In this document: positions 8,026 to 17,795 of the stretch, piece after piece | Numbering within the stretch: position 1 is the first letter of the stretch | Layout: the number at the start of each line of letters is the position of its first letter | From: a virus | Taxonomy: Duplodnaviria; Caudoviricetes | IMG/VR virus record: IMGVR_UViG_3300045107_000065 | Coordinates: 1-37,147 of that record | Length of the DNA: 37,147 nt | Reading direction: 5' to 3' (one strand) | Program-made: the position numbers and the translations under genes | Notes under the pieces: generated by a model | Seen by the model: the letters and a program-made list of their open reading frames with translations, nothing else | The model's database searches: none | What the model was told of the DNA's origin: nothing

Positions 8026-10272
8026 TTAATTGTTTGCTATTATTATCCAGTTAGAACCATTACTCATAACGGTCACATACTTATATTGAGCCGAAAGGCT
8101 GTAAGTTGTCGAGCCGTCGATTGTCTGTGAGCTTGTAGTCGCCACGGTAGCCGAGCCGCTTGCCGTGAGTTTTATCGTGTACATCCTGCCCGCGATACTA
8201 GCCGCAGTAGGCAGCGTGATCGTCTTGCCCGTGGCTGTGACTTCTACGCCGTAATCGGTAGCTGTAAGCGTGTAATCAGCCGACTTTGAAGCATATTTTA
8301 TTCCGATGGAACCATCAACGGTAAGCGTGGATGTCGGAGCGGCTGCGGAAGTGGATATGTTCACACTTGCTCCCGAAGCCCCGTAAAGCTGAACGCCGCC
8401 TGACGCAGCCCCAATCTTATTAGCCCCGGAAGTCTGGATTTTGTCATACCCTATCTCCATATAAGCCGTATGGTTGTTAGCAGACACCCTAACCCCCTTT
8501 AAGTCCGTTCCGTCGTCAGGCTGATCGACCACAAGCCCGTAACCAGATGTTGTAGTAGGGCCTGATCCAATCCTTACGAGTCCGTTGTTCAGTATATCGA
8601 GGGCTTGCGTAGGCGTATTACCTACCTTGGCAATGATATTAGCGTTGGTGGAAGTATTCCCCGACCCTGCATTATTACCCTGCAAGGTTAGCGTACCATT
8701 TGACGAAGCTGATCCGTTAACAATAGGGGTTGTTATATTGGTCGTAAACGTAGGTGTGGTAGCGAAGGCCAAAGCCCCTGACCCCGTTTCATCAGTAACG
8801 GCTGCGGCGAGGTTTGCGCTGCTGGGAGTCGCCCACCATGTTGACATACCGCTTCCGACCGCATATTCACCCAATACGCCTGAATTATCATATAAAACAC
8901 GGCCATTTGTCCCGGACGTTATTGCGGACGTTCCCACGGTAAGCCCGCCGCCGACCGAACCCGTGTAGTCAACTATCGCTCCCGTGGCCGTGTTCCTTGC
9001 TAAAAGATTGTAACCCGTGAGAGAGGATGACGACTTGGAAAACGTGGAGTAAAGTGAATCCTTTTTGACCCCGAATTTCTTATCCGAGCCTATCTGATAG
9101 CCAAATATGTAAGCGGAACTATCCCCCGAATTGATCGCTACGCCTGAATTGTCGCTTATAAAGTTGTCAACGCTACCAGCAATTCCATATGCACCTGTGC
9201 CAATTTCGGAAAGCCTGCCATATTTTATTTTGCCGGATGCTTGCGCCGTTTCTACATTGAAATAAGCCAGCGCACTCATGGTAAGCCCGTATGAGTATTC
9301 TGTCCCAGTCAGTGTTCGATTGTCCGTTAGGACACCGTCAGAATTGTAGATATTTGTTGTCGTGATAGATGATGGGGCAATTGCGCCTAAAGTGCCGTCA
9401 CTTCTTTTTGTATAGATACTGTCGGTATTTGATCCCAATCTAGAAAAAAGATAAACGGAGTCGGTGCCTATTTTAGCGGTTCCCTTTACGTGAAGGTTTG
9501 CGCCAACCTGGTTTGTTCCTAACCCTATGCCCACCCTCTTTGACCCATAAAGCCCCATATATGTAACTCCGGTATTCGCGATGGCCAAGGACGATGTGCC
9601 GCCGAACTCGAAAGCGTAAAACTTAAAACCATACGAATCATGAGAGTCATCGAAAAAAAGGTGATTAGTATTTTGTGCCGAATCAACGTCGTGACCTATT
9701 GTACCCGAAAAATGTCCTTTTTTATACCATGAAAATCCGTTGTACGTCCTACCGGCCGTATCGCTCCTAAAGTTTATAGCCCCGCCATAAGGCCCTTTTA
9801 ATTCGATGAACGCAGCCCCTCCGGCAATTGAGCTATCTGCACCTAGCCATAATTTTGTCGTTCGTGAAGTCAAAAAAAGCGAATCGCCGTTCGTGTTGAT
9901 GTATCTATTGCTGGTAAACGTCGAAGCGTTCGGCGTGGAACTTCCTAGTTGTATAACCCCCGACGAATTGGTTGCTCCATTATTTGCAGATGTAGTAAAC
10001 CCGGTATAAGTAGTATCAACCATCTTATGCCAAACGCCGTCCCAATAGACCCAAAATCCCTTATTGCCTCCTACTGTGTCCACAAAGACAGCCCCCGCAG
10101 CGACCCACCCTCCCGTACTTAAAGCCGGATTCGTGCCGGCAGGAATGGTAAGCGTGCCACTCACGGCCACCCTGTCTCTGTACCAATATCCCCCTCCTAA
10201 ACCAGAGTAATTAGGTATCTGCCCCTTCGCCACAGAGCTAATAAGCAATAACAAAAAAACGATCTTCCTCAT
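8026..10272 (-). CDS. tail fibre-like protein with signal peptide
   Basis: G/S/T-rich; fibre motifs TPSSANLAAAVTDETGSGALAFAT and C-terminal TITLP...TIDG...SNGSNW; N-terminus MRKIVFLLLLISSVAKG|Q. Confidence 0.7.
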   Translation of the reverse strand: MRKIVFLLLLISSVAKGQIPNYSGLGGGYWYRDRVAVSGTLTIPAGTNPALSTGGWVAAGAVFVDTVGGNKGFWVYWDGVWHKMVDTTYTGFTTSANNGATNSSGVIQLGSSTPNASTFTSNRYINTNGDSLFLTSRTTKLWLGADSSIAGGAAFIELKGPYGGAINFRSDTAGRTYNGFSWYKKGHFSGTIGHDVDSAQNTNHLFFDDSHDSYGFKFYAFEFGGTSSLAIANTGVTYMGLYGSKRVGIGLGTNQVGANLHVKGTAKIGTDSVYLFSRLGSNTDSIYTKRSDGTLGAIAPSSITTTNIYNSDGVLTDNRTLTGTEYSYGLTMSALAYFNVETAQASGKIKYGRLSEIGTGAYGIAGSVDNFISDNSGVAINSGDSSAYIFGYQIGSDKKFGVKKDSLYSTFSKSSSSLTGYNLLARNTATGAIVDYTGSVGGGLTVGTSAITSGTNGRVLYDNSGVLGEYAVGSGMSTWWATPSSANLAAAVTDETGSGALAFATTPTFTTNITTPIVNGSASSNGTLTLQGNNAGSGNTSTNANIIAKVGNTPTQALDILNNGLVRIGSGPTTTSGYGLVVDQPDDGTDLKGVRVSANNHTAYMEIGYDKIQTSGANKIGAASGGVQLYGASGASVNISTSAAAPTSTLTVDGSIGIKYASKSADYTLTATDYGVEVTATGKTITLPTAASIAGRMYTIKLTASGSATVATTSSQTIDGSTTYSLSAQYKYVTVMSNGSNWIIIANN

Positions 10273-10520
10273 ATCAAACTTTTATAGATTAGCGTTAACT
10301 TTTCAACCCCGTCAAATGGATTACTGGAATCAAAATACAGCCGTCCGAAAATGGATGAATACTTGTACTCTGTCCCGGTCGGCGTTGTCGATACCCTGAA
10401 ATGCACCTTACTTTCTCTGAACACGGCAATCACATCCCGGAAAACAAGTCCCGGAATACTTACCGTCGTCGTCCCCGCCTTCGGCACATATAATGATGTT
10501 ATTAGCTTACCGTTTGCCAT
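10269..10520 (-). CDS. tail-associated protein, paralogous to the C-terminus of 10502..11200
   Basis: Shared V.RE...TP...EY.Y...PFDG.E pattern. Confidence 0.7.
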   Translation of the reverse strand: MANGKLITSLYVPKAGTTTVSIPGLVFRDVIAVFRESKVHFRVSTTPTGTEYKYSSIFGRLYFDSSNPFDGVEKLTLIYKSLI

Positions 10521-11200
10521 AAGACAAAAACTCTTTCTGCTCCATCAAATGGACTAGACGCCCAAATTCGTATCGTCGTCCCATCATAAGAATATTCGCC
10601 ATCTCCCGGCGTTGCAGATGTGTAAACAAGTGGCCGGCCAGCCTCCCGAATGACCACCAGTACCGTTTTCCCTGCAAAACTCTTTCCAAGGTGGCCCGCC
10701 CCCGAAAACGATGTCGCCGCCGCCGACGGCTGCCACCAATCGGAATCCGAATTGTAGCAGACGATTTCTGACGGGCTTTCCTCCTCGCTGACGGTCAATT
10801 CCCCGGTTCCCTGGAACTCAATATCGAAACTGTCTATATCTCCGACCGTGTTTGATAGCTCACAGGACTCTACTATGAATAACCCGCTCAAATACCTCGA
10901 TACACCCCCGTCATCCGTCCAGGACAGTTTTATATCCAGCTCGCTTCTCCTAATACCTTCCTGTAAAAAGTAGAAAGGTGAAACGGATCCGACTGACGTA
11001 AGTGTCATCGCCCCGGAAACGCTTAACGAACCGTCTGAAATCCTTGCCCGTTTTTTTCTGAATAATCCGGCATTGACATCGGTTTTCGCTATGATCTCAT
11101 TTTTAAACGTATAGGCAAATGACTCAAAGCATCCTACCGGAAGATAGACATCGTCCACCTTCACGCTTATTACCCCATTATCGCCTTGTACTACGTTCAT
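10502..11200 (-). CDS. tail tube-like protein with an extra C-terminal domain
   Basis: VGC...K.D....G.LSVSG...SG.F.V.S.E......SFDIEFQGTGEL tube-fold pattern. Confidence 0.6.
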   Translation of the reverse strand: MNVVQGDNGVISVKVDDVYLPVGCFESFAYTFKNEIIAKTDVNAGLFRKKRARISDGSLSVSGAMTLTSVGSVSPFYFLQEGIRRSELDIKLSWTDDGGVSRYLSGLFIVESCELSNTVGDIDSFDIEFQGTGELTVSEEESPSEIVCYNSDSDWWQPSAAATSFSGAGHLGKSFAGKTVLVVIREAGRPLVYTSATPGDGEYSYDGTTIRIWASSPFDGAERVFVLWQTVS

Positions 11201-13494
11201 GTGTAATATTTAAAGTCCGTTTCCGGTACTGGCCTTGCAACCGTTTCGTCAAATACCTCGGCCAGGAAAATGTCCGTTTCACACAAGAAAAGATCAACAC
11301 CCAAATGAAGGGCGGCGAAAATCTTGTTGTTAGTCGAGCTTCCTACGTCAGTTAATATAAATCGGTTTATTAAATCGGGTATGTCGCCAAGCCTGTCAGC
11401 CGTACCCTCAAATGTTCTCATCGTTCGGTTGTTCTGCCACCAAATGTCTTGAGCCTGGTGAATGGCAAACGGTTTTATCTGTTCGTCATCGGTATATCCG
11501 TCCGGGTATCGTCTTGCGTCGTAAAATCCTTCAGTCAGGCCATAAACAGGACTATCTCCAATGCGAACTATCTTCAATAGTGCGCCTTTCATTAAACGTC
11601 TCGGAAAGTCGCTAATCTTCACACTGTCATCTATGACCTCCTTGTATTTGTCCGGGTCGGACTGGGTTACTTTAGTGTACTGGCCTTTATACACCTCATA
11701 GGAGCCATTAATTAGCGGATAGATGGTCAGATTCAGATTAGAGTAATACAAGTCCTTGCCATCCGAATCAAATGACGAGCTAAGGAATATGTATAGCGTG
11801 CCATCTTCAGGCACGGGAGCTATATTGTAACTTATTCCCTGAAAATCATTTTTCTGATCGTCGTCGGTGTAGGTAAATGTGACCGTGCCAAAAAATAGGT
11901 TGGCGACCGCGCTAACCCATGCGGGCAGATAAGAATTTAAGTAATATGTAGCCCCGCTTTCTCCCAGAAAAACGAACCCCGCTACTACATGATCGTTTCC
12001 GGCAGGAGGAGACGAATATTTGAAATCAACCGACGCGTCAGCCTTATCCCCCTTAGATAGGTAGATCGGATTACTACGAATGTAAGAGTACGGGTTTGAT
12101 GTACCATAATCATTGGTCACCACCACGAAACGCTTTTTCTCGTACCCGTTCTGAAAATATCGCTTAATATATGTGGCGTTACTCGCAGGAGAAGGATTTT
12201 CAGGGTCATTAGACGAGTATCGCCCTAATGTCCAGTTATCGAGGGCGTATTTTTTCACATTAAATACATCCCCGTCTATTGTCTCATCAGGAAGGTCGGC
12301 AATAAAATCGCCCTTATCAAATTCAATGTTATCCGGGATTGATTTGGGGTAATCAAAGTCTCCCGTTAGTTTGACAAATTTTACCGGCCTAACCGCGCTC
12401 AACCTAGTGTCATCATTCATCCAGCTAAGGAGCTTATCAGATCCTATCTCGGTAAAGGGATTATATGAGATAATATCCAGGAATGTGCCGTCATACTGTT
12501 GCGATGTCATCGTGAAAGCACCATTCTCAATTTCATCGACTCTTATGATATAAACCTCGTCTGCAACAGCCACGATTCTAGCGTGATACTTCCATATTGA
12601 TTGCAGGACTTCCCTGCAATTAAGGAATCCGTCATTATTCTCAAATGTCCTTGCCTCAAGGAATGTGCTATTGGCAAAACTCGCCATGGAAGGATCATTA
12701 TCTGTAAACGTGGCCGAAACAGTTTCAGCGAGCCGCGTGCCGGTACAGGTAACCGTAGTAAGCCCCCCGGACGTACTCACGCTCTTTATAGTCACCGATC
12801 CATTATTATTAGCTGTTCCCGAAATCGTTACCGATTGACCAGGGTAGAAAAACTTAGTCTCCGAAACATTGAAAGATTGCAATACGGCGTTAAATGTAGC
12901 ACCCGTTACAAGCGATGTCAGGTTTATAGACGGCCTGGTTTTCTCGCGAAGGTTGGCGGCAATGAAAATATCGCGATGAATACCCGATTTATTTAAGCAC
13001 CATGCCGTATAGTCGAATATGCTGTTAACGCCCGTGGGAGGGTTACCGTCGAAATCGGTAAGCTCCTCGGAATCCAAAAATCCAAGTCCGTCATTTGCGG
13101 TAAGAACAAGCTCATTCGGGTCCGGTAGAAAATCCTGCTCAATATCGCTAGTTATCAGCCACCCCTGAAATATAAGGTTTCCACCATAGTATATTTCGAC
13201 AAACCAGCGACGGTCTCCACCATCTACAAAGGTATCCAGGCTTACCGTATCAGACGTTAGCACTCTTATTTCTGCCGATTTAGAGTTAATGACCTCAAAC
13301 TTATTTTCGGAGTTGTTTACAAAACGCATTTTCAAAGGATCCCCGGCTAGCTCAAGGTCAATGGTCGTCTCAACTGCTCCTTCTCCGCTTTCAGTGTCAT
13401 AGATATAGATGTCAACCTGTTGCTGGTTGTCGTCATTATTAATGTCCGACTCGGCATTTAAGAATGATCCCTTATACAGCGTTTTATAAGCCAC
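11197..13494 (-). CDS. minor tail / tail-tip hub protein
   Basis: 765 aa, acidic, directly after the tape measure gene; positional call. Confidence 0.65.
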   Translation of the reverse strand: MAYKTLYKGSFLNAESDINNDDNQQQVDIYIYDTESGEGAVETTIDLELAGDPLKMRFVNNSENKFEVINSKSAEIRVLTSDTVSLDTFVDGGDRRWFVEIYYGGNLIFQGWLITSDIEQDFLPDPNELVLTANDGLGFLDSEELTDFDGNPPTGVNSIFDYTAWCLNKSGIHRDIFIAANLREKTRPSINLTSLVTGATFNAVLQSFNVSETKFFYPGQSVTISGTANNNGSVTIKSVSTSGGLTTVTCTGTRLAETVSATFTDNDPSMASFANSTFLEARTFENNDGFLNCREVLQSIWKYHARIVAVADEVYIIRVDEIENGAFTMTSQQYDGTFLDIISYNPFTEIGSDKLLSWMNDDTRLSAVRPVKFVKLTGDFDYPKSIPDNIEFDKGDFIADLPDETIDGDVFNVKKYALDNWTLGRYSSNDPENPSPASNATYIKRYFQNGYEKKRFVVVTNDYGTSNPYSYIRSNPIYLSKGDKADASVDFKYSSPPAGNDHVVAGFVFLGESGATYYLNSYLPAWVSAVANLFFGTVTFTYTDDDQKNDFQGISYNIAPVPEDGTLYIFLSSSFDSDGKDLYYSNLNLTIYPLINGSYEVYKGQYTKVTQSDPDKYKEVIDDSVKISDFPRRLMKGALLKIVRIGDSPVYGLTEGFYDARRYPDGYTDDEQIKPFAIHQAQDIWWQNNRTMRTFEGTADRLGDIPDLINRFILTDVGSSTNNKIFAALHLGVDLFLCETDIFLAEVFDETVARPVPETDFKYYT

Positions 13495-15373
13495 GTCCTA
13501 ACCTCCTGTTTTGCCTGGTAGTTCTGTCGTTAGAAAGTAGAATATCATTACCCCTGATCCTTGCCATAAGCAATTGCGGCGCGCCGGTTCCAATGAGTCC
13601 CTTTAGCTTATCCAGCGGCGCTATTACCTCCGGGTTAGACCTGGACGTACCAATACCCTCACCTACGAGTGCAAGCGTAGGGCCGGTAGCAAGTCCACCC
13701 TCGGCCAGTCCGGGGACCCCTTTGCCTAGCTTTGACTTGATTACTGCGCCCAGCCCCACAAGGGCCAGCCCCGCGGCGATCGCGAGTGTAGGGTTAAACT
13801 TGCTAAGTGCGAGCTTAGCGAGCTTAGCCGCTACCCCGAATTGTATCAACTGCTTTCCAATCTCCTGAATACCTGAACCTATTATCTCTCCGAAGTTTGC
13901 AAACACCTTAGAAAGATCACCGCCTGATAGCGCCTGCCCGATAAGCTCACCGATATTTGAAAGCCCTTGTATTGCCGTATCTTTAATTACCCTATTTATC
14001 TCCTCGATGGCATCTTTGAGAGCTTGCTGTTCCGTAGTGAGATCAACCCTCGTATTCGCTTTGATCAGTATCGGATTCGTCTGCGTAAGCCTGGACACCT
14101 CGGTTTGTATATCCTGTGAAATCCTCTGAAATTTCGGCCCGAAATCGGTTGCCAGTGGATCGAGTTGAATATCGGCGAATATCTTCTTAGCGTTCTGCGC
14201 TCCGCGTAAAAACTCGTCTGAAATCGGCTTTAAGTCACGCAAAAGAATCTGTTCGTCGATTGCTAATATCTTTAGTATAGCGTCGAGTTCGTCAAAATCC
14301 TTCTTAGCCTTCTTTGTACCTACCTTATTGAGTTTGATCCCCAAATCCTCAAACGAAGTGGTAATGTCCAGTAATGGGGATAGCTGTTTTTTGAGTTGCT
14401 CGGTGAGTTGCTTTTCCTTTTCGCCCAGGTCGAAAGCCTTGTCCGCCGTGATCTTGTATTCAGTCTGCGCATCCTTCTGCGCTAAAATTCCATCCCTTAC
14501 GGGCTTATTGAACTGCGTGACAGCCTGGCCAGCTTGCTGATATTTGGTTTTCTGGTCCTCGACGGTTTTGCCCTGGTTCTTTAAGTCCTCATCCCGCTTT
14601 TTCTGCTCAATCCGTAAATTGACAATCTCCGCAGCCGTCTTTTTAACCGCCTCGGAAATCTGATCCTGCAATCCCTTTACAGCCGCCTGCCTGATTAAAG
14701 ACTGTATAATGACATCGTAAGCCTTGCCTACGTTTTCGAGCGTTACCTTTTCTTCTCCAAGATTCTTCAGATAGGGCTGGTATTCCTGGTTGATAGCCTG
14801 TAAAGCCAGTTTCTTATTCTCCAGGCTCGCGTTTACATTCTGAACAATACCGACCAGCGATGTCAGTTTAGCCGCATTGTCTGACACGTTCTTTCCCAGC
14901 GCATCAATAGCGTCCTGGGCTTCTTTAGCTCTTTTGGACGAGCCGAAAAGTTTATCCCCAAATACGATAAGCGCTGATGATACGAAAGATATTCCAAGCG
15001 AAAGCCCACCGGCTCCTAGCAGAGACGCTCCCAGGGCCTTAAACGCCGATCCCGTACTTCCCGCAGACGTACGCAGCCTGGAAAACCCCTCCACAAGAGG
15101 GTTTAAGTTGTTAGCGATACCCAAAAAGCCGAATGGCGCATCCTGAACAACGCGACCAAGATTGATGAGAGATTGAGTAGCCCCGTTAGAAGTTTCGGGA
15201 AGTTTCTTTAGTGACGCATTGACCTTGTCGATAGCGGCAGGCACATTAGCAAGGGGCTGTGATAGACCGTCCGCCGCCCGCTTTCCCGACTTCTCCGCAG
15301 ACTTCGCGAAATCATCTATCGCTTTTTCCGCGTCCGACAGGTCGGCATCTATTCTAAGTTTAAGTCCTTCCAA
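13484..15373 (-). CDS. tape measure protein
   Basis: Ala/Gly-rich helical protein; RVVQDAPFG motif; C-terminal LAEGG..TGPTLALVGEG...PEVIAPL; follows the chaperone genes. Confidence 0.9.
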   Translation of the reverse strand: MEGLKLRIDADLSDAEKAIDDFAKSAEKSGKRAADGLSQPLANVPAAIDKVNASLKKLPETSNGATQSLINLGRVVQDAPFGFLGIANNLNPLVEGFSRLRTSAGSTGSAFKALGASLLGAGGLSLGISFVSSALIVFGDKLFGSSKRAKEAQDAIDALGKNVSDNAAKLTSLVGIVQNVNASLENKKLALQAINQEYQPYLKNLGEEKVTLENVGKAYDVIIQSLIRQAAVKGLQDQISEAVKKTAAEIVNLRIEQKKRDEDLKNQGKTVEDQKTKYQQAGQAVTQFNKPVRDGILAQKDAQTEYKITADKAFDLGEKEKQLTEQLKKQLSPLLDITTSFEDLGIKLNKVGTKKAKKDFDELDAILKILAIDEQILLRDLKPISDEFLRGAQNAKKIFADIQLDPLATDFGPKFQRISQDIQTEVSRLTQTNPILIKANTRVDLTTEQQALKDAIEEINRVIKDTAIQGLSNIGELIGQALSGGDLSKVFANFGEIIGSGIQEIGKQLIQFGVAAKLAKLALSKFNPTLAIAAGLALVGLGAVIKSKLGKGVPGLAEGGLATGPTLALVGEGIGTSRSNPEVIAPLDKLKGLIGTGAPQLLMARIRGNDILLSNDRTTRQNRRLGRGL

Positions 15374-15699
15374 GTTTTTCCCTCGCTGTTTTCTTAGCCT
15401 CTATTTCGGCCAGTTTTCGGAGAGTTTCCTTCGCCCTTGAAATATCTACACTCTTTTTCTCCGAAGGCCATAGTTTAGTGAACCGCTGCGCTACCTTGTG
15501 ATTGCTTCCCGAGGCGACTATCAGTGATGTCGCAAAGCGTAACAGGTCGTGATAGAATTTGCCCTGCTCGTAGTGTCCCTTAATCGCCAGATTCACCTCC
15601 CTGAATGTCACCCGGTGAAAATCCCATGGCTTGTAACCCAATTGACCTAATAAAACGCTATCTAGCTCGTCGAAGTCAAGCTCCCGTTTGTTTTTTTTT
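15360..15699 (-). CDS. tail assembly chaperone, frameshifted extension (gpGT-like)
   Basis: The -1 frame is open from the A9 run: KKNKRELDFDELDSVLLGQLGYKPWDFH...; only a TTG start otherwise. Confidence 0.8.
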
Positions 15700-16024
15700 G
15701 CGCCTCGTCGATCAGCTTACTCACGTCATTGGAGTCCTTCCATGCCTGGAAAAGCCCGTTGATCATCTCCTTACCTTCTTCAGTCTTATACTGCTCATCA
15801 ATCCACCTGGCCACCTGGTCCCGTGAAAGCTCAACTAACGCCCTTTGCTCAAAGCACCAATTCTCATAAGCGCAGAATATGATCTCAACAAACGCCTCAT
15901 CGGTGAACTCGCCGCTCGCGTCATAATAAAGGCTGCGATTGGTAGATACCGATTTAATAAACCGCTTATACCCGGTGTAGCCGAATATCAGCCCTACGTT
16001 TTTCCCTTCAATGTTATATGTCAT
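15662..16024 (-). CDS. tail assembly chaperone (gpG-like)
   Basis: Between tube and TMP genes; slippery run near its 3' end. Confidence 0.8.
   Translation of the reverse strand: MTYNIEGKNVGLIFGYTGYKRFIKSVSTNRSLYYDASGEFTDEAFVEIIFCAYENWCFEQRALVELSRDQVARWIDEQYKTEEGKEMINGLFQAWKDSNDVSKLIDEAQKKTNGSLTSTS
15690..15699 (-). other. -1 programmed ribosomal frameshift site
   Basis: Minus strand CAA AAA AAA AC; frame arithmetic links ORF 16024 to ORF 15641 by -1. Confidence 0.8.
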
Positions 16025-16457
16025 AAGAACCTAATGTCCCTGTTCCGGAGAAATTAAAGTCGAATGTGGCAAAGCCGTCTTCCGCATTCCCGGTGAATGT
16101 GGAGTCGTTAAAATATCCAGACCCAAGCTCGCTCACTGCCTCGCCTTCGGTAAGTCCGGCTCCGACATCGGCGAGGTTCACAAACTGGAAGTCCAGTTTC
16201 GTATTATCCTTTTGCCAGCCTACAATATCGTCCCAGGTAACCTGGGTGGCCAGGGGATCAATCTGGAAAACGCCCGAACCGGATATTTCAAACGTCGGAT
16301 CGCTCACAGACGTTTTAATACCGCAACTCGTTTTTTTCGTCGTAATAGAGCTTGACAGTTTGAACTGAACATTGTCAGTACATACAAGCTGCTTAAAGGC
16401 CGCGCCGGATCCGTTGGCACGCACTTTAAATACTATGAGATTACCATTTACTTCCAT
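16014..16457 (-). CDS. major tail tube protein
   Basis: 147 aa; K.TSCG...FEISGSG...GSGYF...ATFDFNFSGTGTL pattern; canonical position. Confidence 0.8.
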   Translation of the reverse strand: MEVNGNLIVFKVRANGSGAAFKQLVCTDNVQFKLSSSITTKKTSCGIKTSVSDPTFEISGSGVFQIDPLATQVTWDDIVGWQKDNTKLDFQFVNLADVGAGLTEGEAVSELGSGYFNDSTFTGNAEDGFATFDFNFSGTGTLGSYDI

Positions 16458-16460
16458 GTT

Positions 16461-16877
16461 TTACGTTTGTACAACCCTATGCAGGTTGCGGTTAATCAAT
16501 CTGTGATATTTTGTTACGCCGTCATCCTCCGTTATATCTGTACTTTGAACCGAAACATCTACAACCTGTATTCCCGACTGAACCGGGAGGCCATTAGTTC
16601 CCTGACCGGGTTTAAGTAGTTGCAGTATCTCGTCATTGATACTATTAGCCACTCCGTCATCGATTATCGTCGAGTGCCTCGTGACTATTTCGCATATAAC
16701 GACCGGGTTCGTGACGAATGTGGCCGAATTCCTACGCTCCGTTTCCGACTCCACTCTTAGCACCACATAATTTCCGTCTTCGGTTTCAGGAACGCCAACC
16801 CGGTAAACATTGACGGATATATGTCCGCTCAACATCTCATACCAGGCTTTAAGTAACTTGTTCCTTATGTCCCTCAT
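16461..16877 (-). CDS. tail terminator/completion protein
   Basis: Size and position between the gp10-like and tube genes. Confidence 0.65.
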   Translation of the reverse strand: MRDIRNKLLKAWYEMLSGHISVNVYRVGVPETEDGNYVVLRVESETERRNSATFVTNPVVICEIVTRHSTIIDDGVANSINDEILQLLKPGQGTNGLPVQSGIQVVDVSVQSTDITEDDGVTKYHRLINRNLHRVVQT

Positions 16878-17491
16878 ATCGTTATTATATTGGGCCTTGA
16901 AATATCGCCAGCAGGAATGACCACGACCTTAGATGCGCTTATCCTCTTTTCGATATTAGCAACCATCTCCGGCCAAACCACATCAAGCTGTTTAAAAAAG
17001 AACGGGTGTGGGCTAACGCCATGTTTAAGTATGCTGATCGCTATCGCCCATGCCGCCCTTTGATTCTCGTCTGCCTGCTTTGCCTTGCTTCCGGTACGCC
17101 GCCTCGTCTTTACGGAATATGTCCCCGTTATCCCCTTCTTTCTGACCCACTCGGTTAGTAGTCTTATCATTTGGGAAAAATCCCCATTTGATAGTCCTTT
17201 AAACTGCTGGGCTATTTCCTCTTCTCCCGGGATCGGCCTGTACTTTCCTTTTGTCCCGAACTCCATGAACGCGGAATAGAAAGCGTTGGAAAAAAGCTCT
17301 ACGCCCTTATCATCCTTCTGAAAGGTTATCCCCCTTCTCAAGTCGGCATTGTTGGCCGGCGCATCCCTTTGCGCCCCCGCTACGAACTTTCTCGCCATAT
17401 CGGTCAACTCCTGATCAACAATATCCCGTACGGACTTTGTGGATTCAAAGAACTGTTTTCTGATGCTCCCGGAAAGTGTTACCTTAAACAT
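16874..17491 (-). CDS. HK97 gp10-like neck protein
   Basis: AQRDAP...DLRRGI, YSAFMEFGT and PHPFF motifs. Confidence 0.8.
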   Translation of the reverse strand: MFKVTLSGSIRKQFFESTKSVRDIVDQELTDMARKFVAGAQRDAPANNADLRRGITFQKDDKGVELFSNAFYSAFMEFGTKGKYRPIPGEEEIAQQFKGLSNGDFSQMIRLLTEWVRKKGITGTYSVKTRRRTGSKAKQADENQRAAWAIAISILKHGVSPHPFFFKQLDVVWPEMVANIEKRISASKVVVIPAGDISRPNIITI

Positions 17492-17795
17492 TGGCCACAA
17501 TTACCCAATAAAATCTTTTTTCATCGACCCGCTTCATCGAGTTTATTGTCCACTCCCGGCCCATATAGTCAACCTTCCAGTTAACGTTCGGGTACTTATC
17601 AAACCTGAACCGAACTAAAAACCTCTTTTGCTCGGTGAATTTCGTCTGCTCCGTTGCCTGTCTGCCTCCGCTTAAGTCAGTGACCTCTGCCCATGCTCCA
17701 AAAGTGTCAGATACCGTCTCCACATTTCTTCCGTCAGACGATTGGCTGTTTACATAAGCCACAAGTCTCACCATTTTCCTTTCGCCTATCCCCAT
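17484..17795 (-). CDS. head closure / head-tail adaptor
   Basis: WAEV..LSG, F.VRF and VDY.G..W.I pattern; position. Confidence 0.8.
   Translation of the reverse strand: MGIGERKMVRLVAYVNSQSSDGRNVETVSDTFGAWAEVTDLSGGRQATEQTKFTEQKRFLVRFRFDKYPNVNWKVDYMGREWTINSMKRVDEKRFYWVIVANV

Noticed and set aside
6028-10272. Diversity-generating retroelement targeting the fibres
   Set aside because: No reverse transcriptase and no TR/VR repeat pair were seen.
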